The notes beneath the pieces were generated by a model. It worked only from the letters and a program-made list of their open reading frames with translations, had not been told where the DNA came from and did no database searches. A stretch of 64,000 nt of DNA from Eledone cirrhosa (lineage: Eukaryota): positions 32,488,001 to 32,552,000 of the forward strand of contig OZ024754.1 in assembly GCA_964016885.1 (NCBI GenBank), given 5' to 3'. The translations under genes were made by a program, and so were the position numbers. Below are positions 29,449-41,642 of this stretch, one piece after another. Every line of letters starts with the position of its first letter. The stretch's first letter is position 1.

Positions 29449-29658
29449 TTTACTCCAGACTTTTGAAAATGTGGGTCGTAATCTTCCCACAAAAAGAGTG
29501 ACGAAATGATTTTAGGAAGTCGCGGAGAAATTTCTATACGATAAATAATTTGGTAGCTGTTATGCACATTTCTTTCTCAACATTTTCAACATTTTCAACA
29601 TTGAAAACAAGACAAAATATCTTCCAAGCTTGAAAAACATTGAAACTGCCTTGTGACC

Positions 29659-30240
29659 AGGATTAGCAGTATCAGTAGAGGGTCGGACACCATACATTGC
29701 AGCATAGAGTTACGGCCCTTTATGATCTGAGTTCAAATCCCGCCGAGGTTATCTTTGCCTTTCATCCTTACGGGGTCGATAAAATAAAGTACCAGTCACG
29801 CACTGGGGTCGATTTAATCGACTTTCCCCTCCCCCAAAATTGCTGGCCTTGTGCCTATATAAGAAACCAATATTGTTGAATATTGAGCCGGGTTTATATG
29901 TAAATAACCTATCAGTCTCACCTCATTGAAATAATTCTTTTTCTAGTTCAAATTTGCCATTCATCCTCCGGGGTCAATAAAATAAAGTACCAGTAACGCA
30001 CTGAGGTCGATTTAGTTGACTTTCCCCGTCTCTTCAAATTGCTAGCATTGTGTCAAACGTATAAAACAAATATTTTGATATTTACTTGCTCTCTTCCTTC
30101 TTCATTCAAATCTACGCGAGGTCAACTTTGCCTTTCATTTTTCCGGAGTCGATAAAATAAAGAATCAATCAAGTACTGGGGATTATTTAATCAACTTTCC
30201 CGTCTCCCAAATTTTCTGGCCTTGTGCCTAAATTAAAAAT
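29659..30240 (+). mobile_element. One full and two 5'-truncated, older SINE copies
   Basis: Family consensus motifs, long-tail variant. Confidence 0.8.
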
Positions 30241-31884
30241 TAATATTTTAATAGTTACTTATTTCTATATTTAGTTCTAGCAAAGTTACTACCTAGGACA
30301 ATTTCTATATATTATTAGTGCTAATTGTTTTACAGCACGAGTGAAGGGTGACAAACACTGTTTGATTTGAAGGACTGGAGAATGGAAAAGGTTTGAAAAG
30401 CTCTGAGTTACTCTATTAAATCTAACTAGTCTCCCAAATTTGGATATTTCATAGGCTGTGACGCGTTAACTCCGGTAAGAGTAGAAAACTACCAACACGA
30501 TCATCTGAAGCTGGGAGGAGTTCACCCATTATCGATGGACTGGCGTCATGCTCAGAGGATAAACAACGGCTCAATGAGACTGTCTTCGGGATTAGACTCG
30601 AATAATTATTTACCAGTGGAAGTTTGACTTACAGAAATGCTCTAGTAATTAAGTCACGTGTTATACTATTGAAGGACATCTTGTAATGCAGCCACACTAC
30701 TTGTAAGTCCTTGTGTTTCTTCACTGCATTCCCTACTGAAGCTGCTGTATTCAGCCCCGAATTGGTAGAGTTTTTAGAACCTCGAACATAATGCATTAGC
30801 GTATTCGGTCCGGTTCTCTGTGCTTTGAGTTCAAATCCTGCCTTCCAGCCTTTCGTAGTTAATGAATAAAGTACTAATCCAGAGTGAAGGAATGTTAGAA
30901 CATTTGAAGAGATAACTTGCGATGTATGTTTCGACTCTGTGCGTTATGAATACAAATTCCGCTTCCGGTTACCGGGAAAATCTACGTCCTTCAGGATTGA
31001 GGTCGATGTTTACCTTGTAACACTTTCTCACTCCCTCTCCTTCTTTCTCTTCTTCTGTGAAAGAAGTCAGTTGTGTTCAGACAAGGAGAAGAATGGGATC
31101 TGCCAGGTTTAAAAATCAAAGACAATGTATATCACAACAGCACTCCTACGACTCCATAAAGGAGTAACGGATCCATAAATCCATTTTATACAACCCCACA
31201 TTTCCTTCTCCCTCCACCCCAGCTCGTTCAGAGAGGTTATATTATTATGGGTGGCACCCAATGTATATATTATATATTTCATTCTGACAGGCTGTTCAAT
31301 GGCAGGTTTCCTTTATCTTGGGTGATTTGGCTATTTTTTTGTAAGAAGAAAACTGATGGTAGTGGACAGTTATTTCGGCACGACCGACATGTTTCCGATG
31401 CTCTTTGCATACAGACTTATCAAATGTCAGCGATAAAAGGTGAACTTCTTGAACCAATATCCTTGTGTACACACTAACACACTAACACACATATACACAC
31501 ACACACACACACACTAGCACACATACATACATGCACACTAACACATACATACACATTAACACATACACTAACACACACATATACATACATACACACACAT
31601 ACTAACACGCATACACTAGCACACATATATACATACACACTAACACATACGCACTAACACACACATATACATATACACATACACATACACACACATACTG
31701 ATACACACAAAAACATACAAATACACACATACACTCTAATGCACGTACAGATATACACACACACAGATACACACAAAAACACAGAAATACACACATAAAC
31801 ACACATAAACACTAACACATACACACACACAAACAAAGAAGCACACACGCATAATCACACATACACACACTAACACACACATGT

Positions 31885-31986
31885 GACAATTGAATGCTCA
31901 GCCACTTCAAGTTAATTTCATGAGCAATCTGCTCCGTCGATCAAACAGCTGAAACATTCATCGTCGAAACAGACGGAGGTCCAACA
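31885..31986 (+). mobile_element. Fragment of the second SINE family
   Basis: aatgctcagccacttcaagttaatttcatgagc is the reverse complement of 40867-40901. Confidence 0.6.
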
Positions 31987-32044
31987 AGCAGACACTAGTA
32001 TGTTAATATGTAGTGTGTGTATGTAGCTATGTATATATGTGATG

Positions 32045-32278
32045 TGTGTGTGTATACTATGTATAATTATGTGTTTGTGTATGTAATGTACTTGTGTATA
32101 TATGTGTATATAAGTGTTTGTATTTATGTATGAGTACATGAATGTCCGCATATTTCTGTGTGTGTGTATACTATGTATAATTATGTGTTTGTGTATGTAA
32201 TGTACTTGTGTATATATGTGTATATAAGTGTTTGTATTTATGTATGAGTACATGAATGTCCGCATATTTCTGTGTGTG
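32045..32278. repeat. Tandem duplication of ~115 bp
   Basis: tatactatgtataattatgtg...gaatgtccgcatatttctgtgtgtg occurs twice. Confidence 0.9.
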
Positions 32279-32479
32279 CGTATCTGTAAATTGCGCGTGT
32301 GTGTGTGTGAGTGTGTAAATTACGTGTGTGTGTGTATATATATATATTTATTTACACGCACACATACATATGCATGTGTCTATGTATGTATATGTGTATA
32401 CATATATATATATGTGTGTGTGTGTATATATACTTGAAGAGATAGAGAGACATGCATTCACACGCATATATATATATAT

Positions 32480-32530
<51 letters not shown>

Positions 32531-32535
32531 TATAC

Positions 32536-32603
<68 letters not shown>

Positions 32604-32703
32604 TATATATGTAGTATACCATATATATATATACACACACATATATGTATACGTATACGTATGTATATGTATACGTATATGTATATATATATATATATAT
32701 ATA

Positions 32704-32744
<41 letters not shown>

Positions 32745-32751
32745 CCCTCCC

Positions 32752-32789
<38 letters not shown>

Positions 32790-33002
32790 GCCGGCGCGTG
32801 TATATATATGGCTATGTGGCTAAGATATACTGTAACAACAGCAAGAGAGTTTAGAGTGGTTCTCTCAATGTAAATTCTGTGTGTATCTTGTCAAGAGGTT
32901 CCTGCCGCCATTAATGGCGGCCATCTTGGAGAAACATCAACTAAAAACAGTCGAGAGTTTACTGAACACATCCTGCCATACATAGGAAGCCACACATGCT
33001 GT

Positions 33003-33054
33003 TTCTTCTTCTTCTTCTTCTTCTTCTTCTTCTTCTTCTTCTTCTTCTTCTTCT

Positions 33055-33101
<47 letters not shown>

Positions 33102-33126
33102 TTCTTCTTCTTCTTCTTCTTCTTCT

Positions 33127-33167
<41 letters not shown>

Positions 33168-33207
33168 TTCTTCTTCTTCTTCTTCTTCTTCTTCTTCTTC
33201 TTCTTCT

Positions 33208-33260
<53 letters not shown>

Positions 33261-33282
33261 TTCTTCTTCTTCTTCTTCTTCT

Positions 33283-33326
<44 letters not shown>

Positions 33327-33420
33327 TTCTTCTTCTTCTTCTTCTTCTTCTTCTTCTTCTTCTTCGTCGTCGTCGTCGTCGTCGTCGTCTTCTTCTTCTT
33401 CTTCTTCTTCTTTTTCTTCT

Positions 33421-33476
<56 letters not shown>

Positions 33477-33522
33477 TTCTTCTTCTTCTTCTTCTTCTTC
33501 TTCTTCTTCTTCTTCTTCTTCT

Positions 33523-33566
<44 letters not shown>

Positions 33567-33645
33567 TTCTTCTTCTTCTTCTTCTTCTTCTTCTTCTTCT
33601 TCTTCTTCTTCTTCTTCTTCTTCTTCTTCTTCTTCGTCGTCGTCT

Positions 33646-33683
<38 letters not shown>

Positions 33684-33739
33684 TTCTTCTTCTTCTTCTT
33701 CTTCTTCTTCTTCTTCTTCTTCTTCTTCTTCTTCTTCTT
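33003..33739. repeat. Alternating in-register blocks of (CTT)n and (CGT)n
   Basis: Read directly. Confidence 0.95.
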
Positions 33740-34370
33740 GGTGGCGGTGCGGGTGATGGTATTGTTGTTGCTGGTACAGGCGGTGGCGATGGTGGTGGTG
33801 TTTTTGGAAGTCGTGTTGTTGTTGTTGGTGTTGGTGTTGTTGTTGTTATTGTTATTGTTATGGGCGGTGGCGGTGGAGGTAGTGGTATTTTTGGTGGTCG
33901 TGTTGTTGTTGTTGTTGTTATTGTTATGGGCGGTGGCGGTGGTGGTAGTGGTATTTTTGGTGGTCGTGTTGTTGTTGTTGTTGTTATTGTTATTGTTATG
34001 GGCGGTGGCGGTGGTGGTGTTTTGGTGCACGAATCGTTGTTGCTAGTCTTATTGTTGTTGGTGGTGACGGTAGTGTTGGTGGCCACGTTTTTGGCCGTCG
34101 TGTTGTTGCTGGTGTTGTTGTTGTTGTTGTTGTTGTTGGTGGTGGTGGCTGTGTTATTTTTGGCGGCTGGGTTGTTGTGGGTGTTGTTACACCTGTGAAC
34201 ATACCTGCAAAATAAAAGCGGGTCTGAAAAGTCTCCTGCGTGCATATGATCATGCAATGTTCATGGAACTCTTCTTGCCAAGAAGTAGCTATCAACATGT
34301 ATGTATGTATGTATGTATGTATGTATGTATGTATGTATGTATGTATGTATGTATGTATGTATGTACTATG

Positions 34371-34978
34371 GTCAGGTCACCAGTTGGTGCTACTGGTAAC
34401 ATGTATCCCAGTACAACCTGTCTCATGGTTGGGTCGTTGGCGACTAAACTGGCAACCCCACCAAGGTTTCTTGGTGAGGAGGGTGACTTTGGACATCCTG
34501 CAGGACTAAAAACAAAACCTGTCAAAGGGCAAAGGAGCTCTTAAGAGTCAATGGCCATCCAAAATCACCGGGAGAGATGACCCCTTAGCCTTTGTCAAGG
34601 CAGAATTCTAGGAGAAGGAAAACTCTGAAATAACACCTGCAACCTTGATGGTATCCAATGATGTTGACTTGTTCTTCTTTTTGGTAAATATCATCTTGGT
34701 TAAGAGAGTGGGACTGGCTTTGTGCAGTGCCTTTGCTCACTATAAAAGCTTCACGGCACAGGCATTGCTTTATATCTGGAAATCTCTCTGCACTTGTCGT
34801 CACATGGTACCATGGGCCCAGCACTATGTGTCAATAATTGTCACAAGTGTAGTGTTTGCACCAGAGTTTTCAAGTCGCTGGCTGGACTAAGAAGTCACAC
34901 TCGTACAGCACATCGGTAGGGGTTCTCCTACATGGATATAAAGTAGTGGCCGTACTCGAAAACGAGTTGGCAGCCACC
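34371..34978 (+). mobile_element. Full-length (TATG)n-associated non-coding retroelement (~610 bp)
   Basis: Starts gtcaggtcacc, ends ctcgaaaacgagttggcagccacc; (TATG)n on both sides; four other copies in the window. Confidence 0.9.
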
Positions 34979-35429
34979 ATGTTTGTATGTATGTATGTAT
35001 GTATGTATGTATGTATGTATGTATGTATGTATGTATGTATGTATGAATGAATGTATGTATGCATGTACGTATGTATGTATGTCTGAATGTATGTATGTAT
35101 GCATGCATGCATGTATGTATGTATATATGTATGTACGTATGTATGAATGTATGTATGTATATATGTATGTATGAATGTATGTATGCATGTATGTACGTAT
35201 GTATGTATGTATGAATGTATGCATGCATGCATGCATGTATGTATGTATGTATGTATGTATGTTTGTATGTATGTTTAGACATGTATGTGCGTGTATGTAT
35301 GCATATATGTATGTATGACAAAGGGCGGAAGAACTCATAAGGGTCAACGGCCATTCAAAAGTGTGTAAATATGTATATACACATCTACATATGTATGTAT
35401 ATGTATATGTGTATACATGTGTATGTATA

Positions 35430-35770
35430 TGCGCGGGGACGGGGACATAGAAATAGTCGAGGTGGACACCCGATCGCGCGGTTAAATCACTGGGAGTGAA
35501 AGGCCCCTAGCCTTTCTCAGGGCATTCTTCTAGGAGAAGGCAACTCAGGAAACTGGGATAACTCCGATATAAAACCTGCGGCTCAGTAGTTACCGATGAT
35601 GTTGATCTTTTCTTCTTTTCGGGTTATAGCTACTGTCGCTCAGTGCACAGTCTTTCCTCACTTAAAAAAAAAATCTTCACGCACAGGCATTGCACGATAG
35701 AATTAATTAATAATTATTAATAATGTTATATCGTACAATGGCCATACTCGATATCGAGGGGGAAACCATC
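35430..35770 (+). mobile_element. Diverged sister family of the TATG element
   Basis: Shares blocks aaatcactgggag, ttctaggagaagg, gatgatgttga, cttcacgcacaggcattgc and the terminal ctcg/cgag hairpin; ends in (TATG)n. Confidence 0.8.
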
Positions 35771-35796
35771 ATGTATGTATGTATGTATGTATGTAT

Positions 35797-36232
35797 AAAA
35801 GTCAATGGCCATCCAAAATCACCGGGAGAGATGACCCCTTAGCCTTTGTCAAGGCAGAATTCTAGGAGAAGGAAAACTCTGATATAACACCTGCAACCCT
35901 GATGGTATCCAATGATGTTGACTTGTTCTTCTTTTTGGTAAATATCATCTTGGTTAAGAGAGTGGGACTGGCTTTGTGCAGTGCCTTTGCTCACTATAAA
36001 AGCTTCACGGCACAGGCATTGCTTTGTATCTGGAGATCTCTCTGCACTTGTCCTCACATGGTACCATGGGCCCAGCACTATGTGTCAATAATTGTCACAG
36101 GTGTAGTGTTTGTACCAGAGTTTTCAAGTCGCTGGCTGGACTAAAAAGTCACACTCGTTCAGCGCTTCGGTAGGGGTTCTCCTACATGGATATAAAGTAG
36201 TGGCCGTACTCGAAAACGAGTTGGCAGCCACC
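35797..36232 (+). mobile_element. 5'-truncated TATG element
   Basis: Matches 34543-34978. Confidence 0.9.
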
Positions 36233-36280
36233 ATGTATGTATGTATGTATGTATGTATGTATGTATGTATGTATGTATAT

Positions 36281-36735
36281 CAGGTCACCAGTTAGTGCTA
36301 CTGGTAACATGTATCCCGGTACAACCTGTCCCTTGGTGAGGAGGGTGACTTTGGACATCCTGCAGGACTAAAAACAAAACCTGTCAAAGGGCAAAGGAGC
36401 TCTTATGAGTCAATGGCCATCCAAAATCACCGGGAGAGATGACCCCTTAGCCTTGGTTAAGAGAGTGGGACTGGCTTTGTGCAGTGCCTTTGCTCACTAT
36501 AAAAGCTTCACGGCACAGGCATTCCTTTATATCTGGAGATCTCTCTGCACTTGTCGTCACATGGTACCATGGGTCCAGCACTATGTATCAATAATTGTTA
36601 CAAGTGTAGTGTTTGTACCAGAGTTTTCAAGTCGCTGGCTGGACTAAAAAGTCACACTTGTTCAGCGCATCGGTAGGGGTTCTCCTATATGGATATAAAG
36701 TAGTGGCTGTACTCGAAAACGAGTTGGCAGCCACC
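36281..36735 (+). mobile_element. TATG element with two internal deletions
   Basis: Both ends intact; deletions at ~36330 and ~36452, each rejoining at cttggt. Confidence 0.9.
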
Positions 36736-36790
36736 ATGTATGTATGTATGTATGTATGTATGTATGTATGTATGTATGTATGTATGTATG

Positions 36791-36862
36791 TTTTTATTGT
36801 ATGTAAACTTCTCCCTTTGTATTTGTCCCCTTCTTTGTGCCCCTGTGGCTAATAAAGAAATA
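36791..36862 (+). mobile_element. 3'-terminal fragment of the Tx1-like LINE
   Basis: tttgtatttgtccccttctttgtgcccctgtggctaataaagaaa followed by tatatctatctatc; homologous to 9800-9846. Confidence 0.8.
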
Positions 36863-37343
36863 TATCTATCTATCTTATATATATGTCTTATATTTAAATT
36901 CTCACCTGTATTTTCTCCATATTTCTCTCGAGTATTACGCTTGTCATTCTTTCATGCTTCTTTCTTCCTTATTTTCAAAAGGAACGAGGAGTGGGAGGGT
37001 TGACAGACGTATGGTAAGGACGGTGTTAAGACGGAGGAAATGCTAGAATGAGGGAAATATCTTAATACTCCATCTTTAAAACATGTCTGCATATTACGTC
37101 CGCCTCTTTACAACATCCGTTCACATTGAACTAGTTGACAGCATTAACATATTATCATCGCTGTGTTGTTAAGGTAGTGTACAGCATCACAGTTTGATCG
37201 GAGATCAAATAAAGATGTACAAGTCCAAAGTTAAGATGTGTGAGAGATTATAAAGAGCGAGATAAAGATGAATTGATGAATTAGTGGATGGAATAGAGTT
37301 TGCCCCCCCCCCCACACACACACGCACACACACACGCACACAC

Positions 37344-37400
<57 letters not shown>

Positions 37401-37722
37401 CACACACACACACACACACACAGACCCACACACATACGAGAATAGGTTGAAAAGTTCATAGGTAGACTATGAAAGAGTGATGCAATGCTGTGAAATTTTC
37501 AGGCATTAATTTCAAATATTCTTATTAATAAGAGCATTGTTTATTTCCAGGGACTATCATTTGGTCATTCCATGAGAGTATCTTGGTCAACCTATGAACG
37601 TTTCAACCAACCTTAGTATATGTATAAAAAGATGGATTTCATCGAAACCAGTAATATTTTATATATTTTATATACTTTATAAAAGTCCTTTTTAAATGAG
37701 AAATTGTTCTCCTTTTTTCAAT

Positions 37723-38108
37723 AATTGTTTCTACTTTTGGCACAAGGCCAGCAATTAACCAGTGCATTACTGGTATTTTATTTTATCGACCCCGTAAGGA
37801 TGAAAGGCAAAGCTAACCTCGGCGGTATTTGAACTCAGAACGTTATGGGCCGTAACTCTATGCTGCAAAGCATGTTGTCCGACGCTCTACCGATACTGCC
37901 AATCCACTGTCCATTTAAATAATAATTGTTTCTACTATAGGCACAAGGCCAGCAAATACTCAGTACATTACTGGTACTTTATTTTATCGACCCCGTAAGG
38001 ATGAAAGGCGAAGTTAACCTCGACGGGATTTGAACTCAGAATGGCAAGGGCCGTAACTCTATGCGTCACAGCATGGTGTCCGACGCTCTACCGATACTGC
38101 CAATCCAC
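37723..38108 (-). mobile_element. Two tandem SINE copies
   Basis: Reverse complement of the family consensus. Confidence 0.88.
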
Positions 38109-38212
38109 CAATAATGTCACTTTGATACTTTGATGACTCAAAGAAGAAAAAAGAAAAATAGATTATTTAAATATATTTCCTATAACCTTTTTATAGAACC
38201 TTACCCCCTTTT

Positions 38213-38381
<169 letters not shown>

Positions 38382-38431
38382 TATATATATAATATATATA
38401 TATATATAATATATATATATATATAATATAT

Positions 38432-38493
<62 letters not shown>

Positions 38494-38497
<4 letters not shown>

Positions 38498-38635
38498 AGG
38501 CGTGTGGCTGAGTGCTTAGAGAATTGGATTCACAATCTTGAGATTGTGAGTTCGATTCCTGGACCGGGCGGTGCGTTATGTCCTTGAGCAAGACACTTTA
38601 TTTCACGTTGCTCCTTCTACCTGGAGTTGCGACCG
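38494..38635 (+). mobile_element. 5' part of the second tRNA-derived SINE family
   Basis: A-box tggctgagtgcttag, B-box gagttcgattcc, then gtccttgagcaagacacttta. Confidence 0.8.
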
Positions 38636-38794
38636 ATAAATAGTATTAGCAACTGGAAAGACCGACGAAAACATTGTGACGAAAGTCGATCGATGCTTTT
38701 TATATATATATAGATACATAAATACACACACAGTGTGTGTGTGTGTATGTATGCTTATATATATATATATATAAGCATACATACACACACACAC

Positions 38795-38839
<45 letters not shown>

Positions 38840-38908
38840 GTATATATATATAATGTATCTGTGTATATATATATATATATATATAAATACGCCGAGATAC
38901 ACTGCTAG

Positions 38909-38955
<47 letters not shown>

Positions 38956-39610
38956 TTACATTATAGGTCGCTTTAACCCGTCTTTTATTATTCAAAAAAC
39001 TTCTTGCCAATAAAGATTAACCCTTTGTGCGCCATTCATCTAACTGTAGACCAACAATACCAACTAAACGGAGCGTTGACAAGAACGATGGCGAATGAAT
39101 CTTCGAGGTAAGCAGTTTCCTCCCGAGCTGTTAGTTCACGCAGGATTCTCTGCTACACCTTTTGGTAATAATACCGAACAATGTACTGCTGGTCACTCCT
39201 TCCTCCAAAAGCCGTACATCGGGAGCAAATCTACACCAGGCCTACGCTAGAAATTCGCAAGGGACTGCACCGAGAGGGATAGAGAGAAAGAGTAACTTAG
39301 TGGAAAGAGTGCGAATGGACTTTTGAGGTAAGTAGCCTACGCCTTACTGCTATGACACTGGAACCTTCTGCCAACTTAACCTGTGACTTTCTCTTTCACA
39401 TTTACTCCAAAAGGCCAAAACAGAGGTGTATGAAAAGAAGGGGCTCAACAATATTTCTATGAACAATGCACGTAGACAGCTAAACTGTACTTTCAACTTC
39501 TTAATTTTCTCCAAATAAAACAAGTTTCCTGGCGGTATATTTTCGTGAGTTTTTAACAGGTACTCACAAATAAACGTTTCTCATTGGAGGTGGTATTACC
39601 AATGTTCTTA

Positions 39611-39637
39611 CTCGTGCAACGCCGGGATACACTGCTA

Positions 39638-39638
<1 letters not shown>
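39611..39638 (+). mobile_element. Helitron-like 3' terminus; the element may extend left to ~38953
   Basis: ctcgtgcaacgccggg-atacactg-CTAG followed by T of (TA)n; a partial duplicate of this end lies at 38889-38908. Confidence 0.6.
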
Positions 39639-39675
<37 letters not shown>

Positions 39676-39734
39676 ATACTTGGGGAGGGTCATATTTGTG
39701 TAATATTGCCAGAATTAATAACAGAACACAGCAC

Positions 39735-40670
39735 TAACAAGTTTGATTTAGAACGTAGCACGATGGAAAGCATCCAGCAGATAGCTAATTCCATACACCA
39801 GAGTATAACTGTAACTATCGACTTCCCTTCCAAACACCCTAACAATAGACTACCTGTATTAGACACAGAACTCTGGATTAACACTATAGACGAGAGAGCC
39901 CAGATTCTCCACTCACACTATACTAAACCCATGGCCTCTAAATAACTGATACTCAAAAACTCACCAATGTCCAGTAGTGCTAAGTTTAATATTCTGATCA
40001 CAGATTTGGTACGAGTGATGAAGAATGTGTCCCGCATGTGCAACCCAACAGAAATGGAAAGACACATCCAACACTTCATCAACCGCATGCAGTTCTCTGG
40101 CTACAACCAAAGAGACAGAGTCAGAGTATACGAAGGAGCCATGGAGAAGTATAAGACCCTCATAGAACTGGACATGAAAGGAATTTGCCCATTATACAGG
40201 AGCAAATCATGGAATAGCTTAGATAGGGCTAGACATAAGATAGGGAAAGCCACCTCATGGTACGACAACCAGAGATCCCAGAGTGTCATGTTTGTGGACG
40301 CTACCCCTGGAGGGAAATTAGCTAACCAGTGTAGAAAGGCCTTGAAAATAAAGGTGGTAGAAAAGCCAGGAACAACCATAAAATCCCTGATCAGCAAAAC
40401 CTACCCTTTTAAGAAAACCCACTGTACCAATAGGAAATGTATCATATGTAAGGTGAACCCCCGGATAAACTGTAAAACTAGAAACGTAGTCTATAGCATA
40501 AGATGTACAGAGGGTACTTGCAGAAACATGACAACAACATACATAGGTGAGACAGCTCGTAGCATAGGTGAAAGGATAGACCAACACTGGGGGGAACTAA
40601 AAGGACGAAAAAACGGGTCAGTACTATACGAACATGCTAGACAACAACATGACGGTAACATAGACAACAT
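39735..40670 (+). pseudogene. Penelope-like element pseudogene: RT C-terminus, Cys linker and GIY-YIG endonuclease
   Basis: ORFs 39706-39945 and 39967-40683 share a frame across one TAA; motifs LPVLD, YTKP, SGY, CTNRKCIIC, NVVYSIRC...YIGETARSIGERIDQH; truncated at both ends. Confidence 0.9.
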
Positions 40671-40802
40671 TATATATATATAATCCTTATCGAGTCCTCT
40701 TCGGATTTTAGTCTTCACATTTATTATTACTATATATATATATATATATATATGTGTGTCTTGTGTGTGTGTGTGTGTGTGTTTGTGTGTATTTGTGTGT
40801 AC

Positions 40803-40992
40803 GTGTTGAAACTCCGTCAGTTACAACGTCGAGGTGTTTCCAGTTGTTCAAACAACGAAACAGCCAGCTCATGAAGTTTAACTTGCAAGTGGCTGAGCAT
40901 TTCAAAGATATATGCACGCTTTAGCTTATTCTCAAGGAGATTCCACTTGACACAGTGTTTCACGTGGCTGGCCCAGTGAATTACAGGTACAG
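40803..40992 (-). mobile_element. Old SINE body (second family)
   Basis: Homology to 31885-31986 and 6290-6330. Confidence 0.6.
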
Positions 40993-41642
40993 TTTATCTT
41001 ATGGCTTTCCAAACAGTATCCACCTTGTAAATTTCATTCACTCACAAGAAGCTATGGTAAATGACACTTGACCAAGATACCATGTTGTGAAATCGAACTT
41101 GGCACCCAATAACTTTTAAGGGAACTCCTTTAACATTCGACTATGTTGCATCTACACCGTCTGTACAAATATGAACTCAACAACATAAAATATAACCAAG
41201 ACAAAACAATAAAAACAACAACAACATCAACAACAACAACAAAAAGAAACTAATTTCATTTAGTTTTATATCCTGATTTCACCCTTTTAATAGTTTCGGG
41301 GAAGGTGGGTAATTCTAATGCTGTATATTTTTTTATTATATTTATTTAAACCCCGCCCCACTCCGAACCTCTTTAACCACAGGTAAATTGATATGAAGAA
41401 AAATTTATTGCTTTTTTTTCGCTAATAAATAAATATTAGGATGAACGAGAGAAAAAAATCAAAAACAAAACAAAAAAGAAATTAATAAAAAAAACAAAAA
41501 AAGCGACAACAAAAAAAAACCCACGTGTCTGTGCTCCTCCCCTTAACCGAAGTTGTTCGATTACCAATAACATCGAAATAAAGTTCAATCCGCTTAATAG
41601 TCGTCATCCAATCATTATTGTTGTTGTTACTTTTTGGGGGTG

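Noticed and set aside
34375-34560. Canonical HDV-like ribozyme at the TATG element 5' end
   Set aside because: A P1-like helix exists, but P3/L3, P1.1 and J4/2 could not be placed in the right order.
38494-38570. tRNA gene
   Set aside because: No clean cloverleaf; runs directly into SINE body sequence.
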